The notes: a model not told the origin generated them from the letters alone. Positions 7,987 through 17,417 are shown, counted from the stretch's first letter. The stretch is 64,000 nt of DNA from Chloroflexota bacterium (GCA_014874475.1 JADBJJ010000027.1:95793-159792), one strand, 5' to 3'. Numbers and translations are program-made.

Positions 7987-9179
7987 TGGCTTCTCCAGAT
8001 AGCCCTATCGCTCAGATGCCAGGTGCGCCGGAGGTGACCGCATGGCTGAGTTGGGCCGGGTTTCGGTTTGACCCCTTCGGGCCCCTGGATGCTGCCGCAG
8101 ATCCCCACCTCAGCGAATATCTGGTCGGTCACCATATCTTTGCGCGCGTCTGGGGAGACGACTTATCCTGGGTTTTCGCTCCGGCAGGCGGCGGTAAAAC
8201 GGCTTTGCGCATCAGTGTGATGCAGGCCTGCTGGGTCGGACAGGAAACCAATCGCCCATTTCCCATCCCCTATGTACCTCCTTTCCTTTCCTGGGGACAC
8301 GCGCATCCCTCGGAGGAAGAACACCTCGCGGCCCTGGCTCGTGCAGGCGCAATAGCGCTCTTCCTGGCTCTGGCCTACCGTGTCCACTGGTTTCTCCGCT
8401 TGGATAAGTCGGAGCGCCGGCGCGTTGCTGAAGTGCTCCGCTGGAATCTTCCCGGTCCCCTTCCAACCTATCTGGAGCGATGCCGTTCGATCCCCAGTCC
8501 TCAAACTCTGTCGGAGGTTCTGGACCCCGCTTTTATCCTCCGAAGCCCACCAACCCCTGCCGATCTATTGAGGTGGTGCGACGCTCTGGAAGCGGCTTGT
8601 GGGGATGAGGCACCGCCTCCCCTCCGCGAGCGGTGGATGCGACTGAAGGAACTCTTGCGGGATATGGGTTTCCCGAGCATCTACATTTTGCTGGACGGGC
8701 TGGATGGCACGCCCGAAACCATCGCCAATCCGTCAGCTATAGCCCTTTGTATGGAGCCTTTGCTACGATGGGCGGAGAAGTGGGCAGAGGAGCGGGTATT
8801 TCTGAAGGCGTTCCTTCCTGCGGAAACGCAGGCCTTGATGGAGGACCGCTTCCGGGACGTGTTTGCTCCCGCGCGGGTATCCGTCATTCACTGGACGCCA
8901 GACCTGCTGGCGGAGGTCGTTCGCCGACGAGTCTACGTGGCGACCGAGGGCGCCTTTGGTAGCTTAGATGCACTGGCATCCCCGGCCCTGCGGGATATAG
9001 AGACCTTGCTGGCCAAGACGGTCTATCCCCTTCCCCGCGAAATGCTGGTGATCACTCGCCGGGTGATAGAAGAGCACCTCCGGCATGGCGGAAATGGCCT
9101 TTTAGCAGAAGCGGATGTAAAGGCCGCCATCCAGTGGTACCAGACGACATCCATCTATTTCTCTTTTACCCCCGCATGA
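7947..9179 (+). CDS. P-loop NTPase, paralog of 6364-7791 but lacking the winged helix.
   Basis: Walker A is APAGGGKT and Walker B is IYILLDGLDG. The C-terminal region is colinear with the upstream paralog (VSVIHWTPDLLAEVVRRR vs VRIRWDAPALKSLLERRL). The likely true start is ATG 7986, coupled to the uORF; 7947 is the GTG given in the ORF track. Confidence 0.6.
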   Translation: MPTSSPSRFPLPVMASPDSPIAQMPGAPEVTAWLSWAGFRFDPFGPLDAAADPHLSEYLVGHHIFARVWGDDLSWVFAPAGGGKTALRISVMQACWVGQETNRPFPIPYVPPFLSWGHAHPSEEEHLAALARAGAIALFLALAYRVHWFLRLDKSERRRVAEVLRWNLPGPLPTYLERCRSIPSPQTLSEVLDPAFILRSPPTPADLLRWCDALEAACGDEAPPPLRERWMRLKELLRDMGFPSIYILLDGLDGTPETIANPSAIALCMEPLLRWAEKWAEERVFLKAFLPAETQALMEDRFRDVFAPARVSVIHWTPDLLAEVVRRRVYVATEGAFGSLDALASPALRDIETLLAKTVYPLPREMLVITRRVIEEHLRHGGNGLLAEADVKAAIQWYQTTSIYFSFTPA

Positions 9180-9190
9180 GGAGGTTTCAA

Positions 9191-10315
9191 ATGGCTATTA
9201 GACTTTCTCCACCTCCGTACTCACCGGACAAGTTTGTGGATCGGGATGACGAATTAAGGCGGCTGGATGCCATTCTAGAGTCCGGTGAAACGCGCGCTGT
9301 TATTTTTAGAGGAGAGCGCGGTGTCGGGAAATCCTGGCTACCCGCTCACTGGGAATGGCAACTTCGCCGACGTAAAGACCTCCAAGTGCTGCGGCTGGAC
9401 TTGAAGGAGTACAAGGGGAAGGATCCGGGGTGGGCCATGGCACATATGATCCGTCGGGTCAGCGAGAAGATCGGACAGGCTGGAGAGGCACTGGGCGCTG
9501 GCCTGACCGAGATGTCCCGTGCGCTTCTCCAGAATGTCCGTAAGATGGAGAAAAAGATAGTCCTTATCCTGGACCACGTTTATGAATCGGATTGGGCACT
9601 GCTGGCGTTGCTGGAGGAGTACCTGGTGGCTCCCCTGATCGCGGAGCCCCGCGTGTTCATAGTCCTGACAGGGCGCGGCCGATGGTATCCATGGAGGACA
9701 CCTGACCTGAACCTTCGCGCAGAGCGGATGGTTGTGGAACCGCTTCCAAGCGAGGAGGAAACTCAACGACAATTGGAGAAGCAAGCCCCTCAGAGCCGTC
9801 AAAAGGCCAGGGAAATCCACCGTTTGACAGGAGGTAATCCTCTGGCCAATTACCTTCTCGCTGCGGAGCCTCAGCCCGCTCAGGTATCAGAATCAGTTAT
9901 TGAGAGTTTATTGGAGCCGGTCCCGGAGGAAGACCGTCAGAAAATCCGGCAATATTTGGAAGCGCTCTGTGTTCTGCGCGCTTTTGATGAAGAACGGATT
10001 CCTGAAATGATGGCGGTTTATACTGAGAACTCTTCTTACCGGGAGTGGACATATGCTCAGGCCCGGCAAGTACGAGATGAACTGATCCGCTGGGCACTGG
10101 CTCAGTGGGATACTGACCAGAAAGCGTATACGCTGGATAGAATCGTCCGGCAGTTGACAGAAACTCATCTGAAACAAAATCGGCGGGAGAAATGGGTCGC
10201 TCTCCACCAGGCGGCGGCACAGATGTATGAGCGCTGGGCGAGCGATCACCCCGCTTCAGCGCCACGCTGGGAAAAAGAGAGGCAGTATCATCTTGAACGT
10301 TTGCAAAGCCCATGA
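9191..10315 (+). CDS. STAND/NB-ARC-type (AAA_16-like) NTPase, single-domain.
   Basis: GAGGAGG lies before ATG 9191. The motifs are 'FVDRDDELRRLDAIL…RGERGVGKSWL' (Walker A), 'IVLILDHV' (Walker B) and 'TGGNPLA' (GxP motif). Confidence 0.6.
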   Translation: MAIRLSPPPYSPDKFVDRDDELRRLDAILESGETRAVIFRGERGVGKSWLPAHWEWQLRRRKDLQVLRLDLKEYKGKDPGWAMAHMIRRVSEKIGQAGEALGAGLTEMSRALLQNVRKMEKKIVLILDHVYESDWALLALLEEYLVAPLIAEPRVFIVLTGRGRWYPWRTPDLNLRAERMVVEPLPSEEETQRQLEKQAPQSRQKAREIHRLTGGNPLANYLLAAEPQPAQVSESVIESLLEPVPEEDRQKIRQYLEALCVLRAFDEERIPEMMAVYTENSSYREWTYAQARQVRDELIRWALAQWDTDQKAYTLDRIVRQLTETHLKQNRREKWVALHQAAAQMYERWASDHPASAPRWEKERQYHLERLQSP

Positions 10316-10337
10316 CCGTTTACAAGGAGGCAGAGCG

Positions 10338-13300
10338 ATGAGCCCCTTTTTTATCCACCCGGAAGAAGTATACTTGAGCCCTATCGCCACGGTGACGCTG
10401 ATTGGTCGGAAGGGTGAACTGGATGTTTTGGAAAAAGCCATTCGGGATTGCCCCAACCGGTATGTGATTTATCTCACCGGACAGGGCGGCATTGGAAAAA
10501 CTCGACTGCTTCAACATCTCCTTCAAAACCCTCCCGAAGGCTTGCCCCTTCAGGTTGCTATCCAGCCGGTGGATATGTACCACACCATTAACCATACTGT
10601 GGAAGGGCTTCTCCAGTCCATCCAGAAGGTCATCTCCCCCGACGGAAGCGGCTTTGAACGGTATCTGGAGGAACGAGAGAGATGGATGCGGATACCCAGC
10701 GAAGAAAGTAAGCGGTGGCAAGAGCAACGGGAACGGATGATCGGGGCTTTTATCCAGGATTGGAACGCATTGGCGCAGAAAATCCGCATCCTAATCGGCC
10801 TGGATACGGTGGAGCGGCTGTTCCTCCAGGATGACCCTGTGGCTCACGAGTTGGGTCTTCCCCTTAGCACTCCCCTGGTCTACAACTGGCTTCTGAAAGA
10901 TTTCCTCCCCCACCTTCAAAATACGGTGGTCGTTCTGGCCGGCCGCCCTATTCCTATGCCTGTAGTAGAAGAACTCAAAAAAATCGGGGAGCTTATTCAA
11001 GTCTCGCTCTCAGGTTTTACGGAGGAGGAAACTTTAGAATACTTTCAAGCGCTCATCCCGCATCTCCAGGGGAGTTCTGAACCGCGAGACCGCATGGCCG
11101 CCGAGGTATTGTCCCGATGGAACGATGATCTCCGCCGGATGTTTTTCTACGGCCTGCGGGACGACGGCACGGTACGCCCGATCTTCCTTGCCCTGGTCAT
11201 AGACTACCTGACAGTCACTGGGCGGCCCTTTCCGGTAGGACGATCCCTGGTGGAAGTTAAGAGTCTCTCCGAGGAAGATCGGGAGAGGCTTCAAGAGGAG
11301 TTGTTGAAAGGGGTAGAGGAGGAAATTCGCAACGCACTCCATCCAACCGAAGAGATCGTGAGAGTCCTGAGTTGGTTGCACCGGGGGGCCGATGAAAATC
11401 TTTTAGGCCAAATCACCGGTATTGGCGAAGAAACGCTGAAAGAGGCATGTGAGCGGGTTCGCCGCCTCTCCTTTGTGAAAATCCGCCCTGCCGACCAGCG
11501 CCTCTTCCTGCACGATGAAATGTATGCCCTCCTCCGCAGTTTACACGGTGTCATCCCTGAGAGAGCGTTCAAACCCGTCCGGGAATATTATGGAGCGCTC
11601 ATTGATCAGATCAAGAAAAGCATCTGGAGTCTATATGAGGCTCAACCTTATCTTTCCCCTTCAGAGCAAGTTGCCCTGGAAACAACCCGCCTCCGGGAAG
11701 CGATAACGGAGGACCTCCATTACAAATTGCACCGGAGTTTTGACAAAGGGTTTGATCAGTATTTCATCTACGCCGAAGAAGCACTGGCTATGGGTGACGA
11801 GACACTGGATGTGGAGTTGCGAGCGGAATTGGTGGAATTTCTGAGGGAGCAAAACGCCTCCCCTCCAGCCGATGTCCGGGCCGACGCGGCCGTCCGGTGG
11901 GTCAAACGACAGATCAGTGCCGGAAATCTCAACGAAGCGCTATCACTGATCCAGAAAATACGCGAAGAAGCCCGGCATCTGGTTGAACCCGGCGGCCTTC
12001 TTACCCAGGCCGAGTTGGATATTGCCGAGGCCACAGTCTATCTTTACCAGGGAAATCTTGATAAGGCCGAACAACGGTTGTCCGAAGCCCAGCAAAATCT
12101 GGAGCGCTTTCAGGTCTCTCCAGAAACCCCCGTCCGTTTCAATGCTGTGATGGGTCGGTTGTATAATCACTGGGGGTATCTACGGAGGGTACAGGGGCAA
12201 TTTGGTGCTGCAGAGGAGAAGTATCGTAAGGCTCTCCCTTACTGGCGCGCTGCCAGCATGGAGGCTGAGCAAGCCAACACGTTAACCAATCTGGCTTTCG
12301 TGCTGGCATTACGGGGTCGGTTTGACGCCGCTCGCCGTCAGGCGCAGGATGCTTTAAAACTGCGCGGGCAACTGGGGATGACTGGCGCCGTTGCCTTTAC
12401 GCTAAACACTCTGGCCCAGATAGAGATTTATGCCGGGCAGTACCGGGACGCTGAAGATTGGGCCCGTCGGGCCCTGGCTGTGGCCCAGGGTGCCGGATTC
12501 CGTCGTGGCGAGGGACTGGCCCATCTCTCTCTGGCCAGCATTTACCGATATATGAGCGAGCCGCCTTGCCCGGCTGCAAATCGGCGAGAGTGGCTGGAGA
12601 AATCTCTGGAACACAGTTCCAGGGCGCGGGAAATCTTCTCCAAAGAAATCTCAGAGCCAGAGCGGCTCGGTACGGCCTATTACGAGGATGCCATTGCCCA
12701 CCAGGAATTCTGTCGCCCTCCCTTGATAGAAGGCATTGACGTTAAGAGGCACGCCGATCAATCTGAAAAATCGTTTCAGCAGGCAATGAAGATTGCAGAA
12801 GAATGTAGGTTATGGCCCCTTTATTTGGATGCGGGAATGGGTCTGGCTTGGCTTTACTATTATACCGAGGAGAAAGAGAAACTGGCTTCCCACCTGGAAT
12901 CTCTGGAGACATTTCTCCAGGAGCAGTTTGCTTCACTCCAGATTACTCCAACTGCCTCTCCATCAATTGGAGAAGATACAATTCTTGATGTTTTCTCTCA
13001 GAGGGCCCGATGGCACGTTTTAAGGGGAGTGCAGGCACTGGATGGCTTTGACTCGGCCCGTGAGAGCCGGCAAGCGCCGCCGTATCCTTCATTGAGGCGA
13101 GCCGCCCGGGAATTTGCTTTGGCCCTGGAATATGACACCCTGGTGGCGGACAACTTCCGGGACCTTCGTCGAGCCCTTAATCTCATCTATGAGCGGTTGA
13201 AAGTGCTGAACACGGCTGAGTTGAGGGCCTTCTATGAGACCATCACGGAAATGGCTGATGAATTCCCCTGGAAGCCCCGCGAGGAATGGCGTTTGTGGAA

Positions 13301-13355
13301 AGAACTCGTGGATCACTTCGGCCCTTATGATGAACTGCGTCCGCCGGCCTTATGA
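10338..13355 (+). CDS. Large STAND NTPase: N-terminal NB-ARC-like ATPase plus central TPR repeats and a C-terminal domain of unknown function.
   Basis: AAGGAGG lies before ATG 10338. The Walker A is 'LIGRKGELDVLEKAI…YLTGQGGIGKTRLL'. TPR-like repeats fall at roughly residues 600-760 (…ANTLTNLAFVLALRGRFDAARRQAQDALKLR…). Confidence 0.65.
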   Translation: MSPFFIHPEEVYLSPIATVTLIGRKGELDVLEKAIRDCPNRYVIYLTGQGGIGKTRLLQHLLQNPPEGLPLQVAIQPVDMYHTINHTVEGLLQSIQKVISPDGSGFERYLEERERWMRIPSEESKRWQEQRERMIGAFIQDWNALAQKIRILIGLDTVERLFLQDDPVAHELGLPLSTPLVYNWLLKDFLPHLQNTVVVLAGRPIPMPVVEELKKIGELIQVSLSGFTEEETLEYFQALIPHLQGSSEPRDRMAAEVLSRWNDDLRRMFFYGLRDDGTVRPIFLALVIDYLTVTGRPFPVGRSLVEVKSLSEEDRERLQEELLKGVEEEIRNALHPTEEIVRVLSWLHRGADENLLGQITGIGEETLKEACERVRRLSFVKIRPADQRLFLHDEMYALLRSLHGVIPERAFKPVREYYGALIDQIKKSIWSLYEAQPYLSPSEQVALETTRLREAITEDLHYKLHRSFDKGFDQYFIYAEEALAMGDETLDVELRAELVEFLREQNASPPADVRADAAVRWVKRQISAGNLNEALSLIQKIREEARHLVEPGGLLTQAELDIAEATVYLYQGNLDKAEQRLSEAQQNLERFQVSPETPVRFNAVMGRLYNHWGYLRRVQGQFGAAEEKYRKALPYWRAASMEAEQANTLTNLAFVLALRGRFDAARRQAQDALKLRGQLGMTGAVAFTLNTLAQIEIYAGQYRDAEDWARRALAVAQGAGFRRGEGLAHLSLASIYRYMSEPPCPAANRREWLEKSLEHSSRAREIFSKEISEPERLGTAYYEDAIAHQEFCRPPLIEGIDVKRHADQSEKSFQQAMKIAEECRLWPLYLDAGMGLAWLYYYTEEKEKLASHLESLETFLQEQFASLQITPTASPSIGEDTILDVFSQRARWHVLRGVQALDGFDSARESRQAPPYPSLRRAAREFALALEYDTLVADNFRDLRRALNLIYERLKVLNTAELRAFYETITEMADEFPWKPREEWRLWKELVDHFGPYDELRPPAL

Positions 13356-13356
13356 G

Positions 13357-13785
13357 GTGAGGCGATATCGGCTTCAGGATCAGAATGCTCTCCATTCTGC
13401 GATCAACGCCGTCTGCGCCGAGGGGATGATGCGCACCCCCCGCTTTGAGCCCACCCCGGCCTGGGAGCACGCGCTGGCGTGCCCGGATTGCCCCTGCCAC
13501 CTCCTGTTGGTAGCGGAAGAGAGGCCGCATATCGCAGGCTGGTGTCGCCTTTTCCCAACCGACGAGGGTACACTGGAGTTGGGTATCGGGGTGGTGGCCC
13601 CATACCGCCACCGGGGGATTGGCCGCGCACTGCTGGCAAACGCGCTGGACTGGGCCTCGGCTCGGAGGATGCCGGTGGTGCTGGAAACCCGAACCGATAA
13701 CATCCCGGCCGTTCGCCTGTTCACTCGCTTCGGCTTCCACGTGGTCGGGCAGGCGGACGGACACTGGCAAATGCGATATCCGTAA
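13357..13785 (+). CDS. GNAT-family N-acetyltransferase.
   Basis: GTG 13357 lies 2 nt after the stop of the upstream gene. The motif 'YRHRGIGRALLANALDWA…LETRTDNIPAVRLFTRFGF' is the acetyl-CoA-binding motif A/B. Confidence 0.6.
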   Translation: MRRYRLQDQNALHSAINAVCAEGMMRTPRFEPTPAWEHALACPDCPCHLLLVAEERPHIAGWCRLFPTDEGTLELGIGVVAPYRHRGIGRALLANALDWASARRMPVVLETRTDNIPAVRLFTRFGFHVVGQADGHWQMRYP

Positions 13786-13828
13786 CCCCTCTGCGACCTG
13801 CGACTTGCGACCGGTGAGGAGGCAACCC

Positions 13829-15352
13829 GTGGCGACGAACAAGATGGACTTTCCCCAAATTTTCTGGGATTCCAGCCGCGAACGGGCGGAACTAGAACCG
13901 GTTACCGAAACCGACTGCGCCTGCGCGCCCGCTGGGCCCTCTGATCCGCAATCTGCCATCTCCCATCCGCCATCCGCAGGCCTCTGGGGACTTCCCCCCT
14001 CCCTCTATCGCGCCCCCCTCCCCAACGGCCACCAACTGGCTTTCAACCCCGTCGGCCCCGCCGGTGTGGTGGTGCTGAACGGCCCGGCGGCCCATCTCCT
14101 GGCTTCCTTCGCCACCCCAGCCCCTCTGGCCGACCACACCGCCCGCCAACTGGCCGCTCTGGGCCTGCTCACCCCGACCCACGCAATGGAATACGCAAAG
14201 CGCTACACGCCTCACGTCCTCACTCTCTGGCTCCACCTCACCACCCGCTGCAACCTCCGTTGCGCCTACTGCTACGCCCCCCGGGGCGACGCCGATATGC
14301 CCCCAGAGATTGGGCGGGCAGCAGTGGACGGGGCCATCCGTTCCGCGCAGGCCCACGGTTTCCAGGCCCTGAAACTCAAGTACGCCGGCGGTGAGCCTCT
14401 CTTCAATCTCCCCACCCTCCGCGCCGTCCACGAGTGGGCGCGGGCGCGCGCGGCGCAGGCCGGCCTGGAACTCCGGGAGGTGATTCTCACCAACGGGACC
14501 ACCCTCACCCTTGCTCTGCTGGCCTGGCTCCGAGATGAAGGGGTCCGGCTCTCCGTCTCTCTGGACGGCCTGGGTCCGGCCCACGACGGGCAACGGGTGG
14601 CGGCCAGCGGCGACGACTCCTTTGCTGCTACCGCCAGGGGGTTGGAGCGGGCGCTGGCCCTGGGCCTTACCCCTCATCTATCCATTACCGTCACCGCGCA
14701 CAATGTGGACAGGCTGGCAGAGGTGGTGACCTTCGCCCTGGACCGGAACCTCCCCTTCAACCTGAACTTCGTCCGCCCGACCCCCGGTCATCTCAACCTG
14801 GCCCCGGCGCCGGAACGTCTCATCGCCGGCCTGCAGGCCGCCCTCTCTGAGATAGAGCGCCGTCTGCAATCCGCAACCTCTACTCTGCCATCCGCTATCT
14901 GCCATCTGCTGGACCGCTGCGACTTCAGCCTCCCCCACCACTACCCCTGCGGCGCTGGACACGCCTATATCGTGGTGGGTCCGCAGGGAGAACTGGCCCC
15001 CTGCCATATGAAGATGGAGCGCACGGTGGGCACCATTTGGGAGGAAGACCCACTGGCGGCGGTGCAAGGGGAGGACGGGTTCCACAACCCGCCAGTGGAG
15101 GAGAAAGAAGACTGCCGGGAATGCCTCTGGCGCTACGTCTGCGCGGGCGGATGCCCCTTAATGGCCCAACGGCATCGGGGCACCCCCGCCGCTCCATCCC
15201 CCTACTGCGCCGTCTATCAAGCCATCCTCCCCGAACTTCTGCGGCTGGAGGGGTTGCGGTTACTACGCGATAGACCACAAGCCCCAGCCCCTGAACCGCG
15301 GTCAGTTATCAGCGAAGACCCTCGTTCCTCCGGGAGACCGGCGGCCCAGTAG
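13829..15352 (+). CDS. Radical SAM enzyme with a C-terminal SPASM domain and an N-terminal PqqD-like RRE. This is a RiPP/peptide-modifying type.
   Basis: GAGGAGG lies 7 nt before GTG 13829. The radical SAM core is CNLRCAYC (CxxxCxxC). The C-terminal Cys cluster (CGAGH…CHM…CRECLWRYVCAGGCP) is the SPASM domain. The N-terminal ~110 aa contains 'LAFNPVGPAGVVVLNGPAAHLLASF', which is RRE-like. Confidence 0.7.
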   Translation: MATNKMDFPQIFWDSSRERAELEPVTETDCACAPAGPSDPQSAISHPPSAGLWGLPPSLYRAPLPNGHQLAFNPVGPAGVVVLNGPAAHLLASFATPAPLADHTARQLAALGLLTPTHAMEYAKRYTPHVLTLWLHLTTRCNLRCAYCYAPRGDADMPPEIGRAAVDGAIRSAQAHGFQALKLKYAGGEPLFNLPTLRAVHEWARARAAQAGLELREVILTNGTTLTLALLAWLRDEGVRLSVSLDGLGPAHDGQRVAASGDDSFAATARGLERALALGLTPHLSITVTAHNVDRLAEVVTFALDRNLPFNLNFVRPTPGHLNLAPAPERLIAGLQAALSEIERRLQSATSTLPSAICHLLDRCDFSLPHHYPCGAGHAYIVVGPQGELAPCHMKMERTVGTIWEEDPLAAVQGEDGFHNPPVEEKEDCRECLWRYVCAGGCPLMAQRHRGTPAAPSPYCAVYQAILPELLRLEGLRLLRDRPQAPAPEPRSVISEDPRSSGRPAAQ

Positions 15353-15534
15353 AAGGAGATGGTTCTCTGAGGGGCATCATCTTCCCACCGGATGGGACTG
15401 CGGAGCGATCAAATCGGTGCTGGAGGACAGCGCTCTGAAGGGGAGGGGGCACTCTTCGGCAGAAACGCGGCCGGGACGGTGCGGGCATTTCTCCAGCGAT
15501 CGGGCGCCCAGGGATAGAAAGCCCCACCCCGCCT

Positions 15535-16590
15535 CTACCGGCAATAAATTGGACTGCTGAAAATCCAGCCGCGCGTCCGTCCCCGGAACGTCCGCCAGAC
15601 TTCCACCCGATACGTGCCCGGCTCCGCTGTGGTGAACCGAAGGGTCCGGCCATAGGTACGGGCCACCACCCGGCCCTCCCGTAGGAGACGGATCGCCCCT
15701 GGCCGGGAGACCTCCACCTCAAAGACCAGAGCACCGGCGCGGGGGATTTCTTCCCCCATCGTCGCCACGGCTGGCCCGCTGCGGACATGGAAGCGGAAGC
15801 CGCGCGTGGCTCCGATCCGGTCGTACCCCACCCATGTGCGCCCCGCCCGCAGCGCGTCGTAAATCAGCCGCCGATCCGTCTCCAGGTCGCCGGTCAGGGG
15901 TTGCTCCACCAGGACGTGGGTGTTGACCCAGCGCAAGAGCGTATCGTAGGGGAAAACGACCCGCCGGATAGGCCCCAGACGGTAGGTATGGCCGTGGGCA
16001 TCCGCTCCGCCGATGGCTGCCACCTTCCGACCGGCCCGCAGGAGCGCATCCCACTGGCGCAGGGTGGCGCGAAATGGCCCCCGAATCCCCAGTTCCGGGA
16101 ACAGCGCGTAGAACAGCGCGGCCAGTCGCCCCCACAGCAACCCCTTGAACTCCGACATTGCGTTCCAGATTTCCAGCCCCGTGTACCCATCTACCTCCCA
16201 GTCCACCCAGGGAATGGGCTCCAGGTCGGGGCTGATGGGGCTGCCCTTTTCGTAAGGGTGGGCCAGAAAACAAATGCCGCCTCGCTCATTGACTTCGTGG
16301 ATTAACCGCTGAGGGTCGGCGGCGAGGGGGGCCAACTCCGCTTCCGCCCCGTAGATGAGGAGATGGTTGACTTGGGGGTATCGGCGCACAGAGTGAACTT
16401 CCTCCCCCACCAGGAGAAGGACGCCGTCGGTGTATCCCTCCACCCCGTGCACCCAGATGTTGTGGTCGGTGACCACAACGAAATCCAGACCGGCCCGGGC
16501 CGCCGCCCGGGCGACCCCTCGGTGGTCTGCTACCCCGTCGGAGTACACGGTGTGGATGTGCAGGTTGCCAACGACCTCGTAGTAGCGCAT
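15535..16590 (-). CDS. PHP-domain metal-dependent phosphoesterase.
   Basis: 'GNLHIHTVYSDG…VVVTDHN' is the PHP motif. Confidence 0.65.
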   Translation of the reverse strand: MRYYEVVGNLHIHTVYSDGVADHRGVARAAARAGLDFVVVTDHNIWVHGVEGYTDGVLLLVGEEVHSVRRYPQVNHLLIYGAEAELAPLAADPQRLIHEVNERGGICFLAHPYEKGSPISPDLEPIPWVDWEVDGYTGLEIWNAMSEFKGLLWGRLAALFYALFPELGIRGPFRATLRQWDALLRAGRKVAAIGGADAHGHTYRLGPIRRVVFPYDTLLRWVNTHVLVEQPLTGDLETDRRLIYDALRAGRTWVGYDRIGATRGFRFHVRSGPAVATMGEEIPRAGALVFEVEVSRPGAIRLLREGRVVARTYGRTLRFTTAEPGTYRVEVWRTFRGRTRGWIFSSPIYCR

Positions 16591-16624
16591 TTCGGGGCAA
16601 TCATACCCGATGGCCGGGGCATTG

Positions 16625-17359
16625 TCAAGTCGCCTGCACTCCCTCCTGCCATTTCAGCATCCAGCGGGCAAAATCGGCCAGTTCCCCCTGCCCGTCGGGG
16701 GGCGGCTCGCTGGCCGGGTGAGGGGCCTTTCGGTCGGCAATCCAGAATGTCCGCATCCCGACCTGGCGGGCAGGGCGGATGTCCATCTCCCAATCGTCCC
16801 CCACCATCATGCACTCCTCCGGCGTCCGGCCCAACCCCTCGGCGACTTCCGCGAAAAAGGCCAGGTGGGGTTTGGAGGCGTGCATCACCTCGTAGGACGT
16901 GATGAGGTGGTACGGGAACTCCTCCACCGGCACGCCTGCCCAGGCCAGCCGCTGGTCTATCGCCGTACGGGGGAAGAGAGGATTGGTGGCAATAGCGACC
17001 TGGAATCCCTGTCGGAAGAGCCACTCCATCAGCGGCCGCGCAACGCGCACCGGACGGGTGAGCGCGCGCAGCGTGGGGAAGTGGGTGGCGTAGAACTCCT
17101 CAAACAGCGGCTCCATCTCCTCCCGCGTCCGGCCGATGGCTGGAAAGAACGCGGCATCAAAGACGTCCCGGTTGGTCCGCTCCGACCCGTTGTTGGCCAT
17201 CATCGCGTCCGTCGCGCGCATCAGATGACGGATAAACGCGTCCGGCGGATAGTGGTCGGCGATGAACCGGCCCAGAAGCCCCAGATAGGCCGGGATGAAC
17301 TGTTCCATGTCGTTCTCCAGTAGGGTGTTATCCAGATCCAGAAGTACAGCGCGAATCAC
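16625..17359 (-). CDS. HAD-superfamily hydrolase.
   Basis: The N-terminal 'LLDLDNTL' (DxDxT) and a C-terminal 'VGDDWEMD' are present. Confidence 0.65.
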   Translation of the reverse strand: MIRAVLLDLDNTLLENDMEQFIPAYLGLLGRFIADHYPPDAFIRHLMRATDAMMANNGSERTNRDVFDAAFFPAIGRTREEMEPLFEEFYATHFPTLRALTRPVRVARPLMEWLFRQGFQVAIATNPLFPRTAIDQRLAWAGVPVEEFPYHLITSYEVMHASKPHLAFFAEVAEGLGRTPEECMMVGDDWEMDIRPARQVGMRTFWIADRKAPHPASEPPPDGQGELADFARWMLKWQEGVQAT

Positions 17360-17417
17360 GGCTCCTCCTTGTGCTGGTACATCGGCAAACGGGGCAGAGG
17401 GTCATTCGGCCATTGAG

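Noticed and set aside
15392-15517. A 41-codon Gly-rich ORF (MGLRSDQIGAGGQRSEGEGALFGRNAAGTVRAFLQRSGAQG) downstream of the rSAM gene, as a RiPP precursor.
   Set aside because: It has no Shine-Dalgarno and no leader or core features. It is likely a chance frame in the GC-rich spacer.
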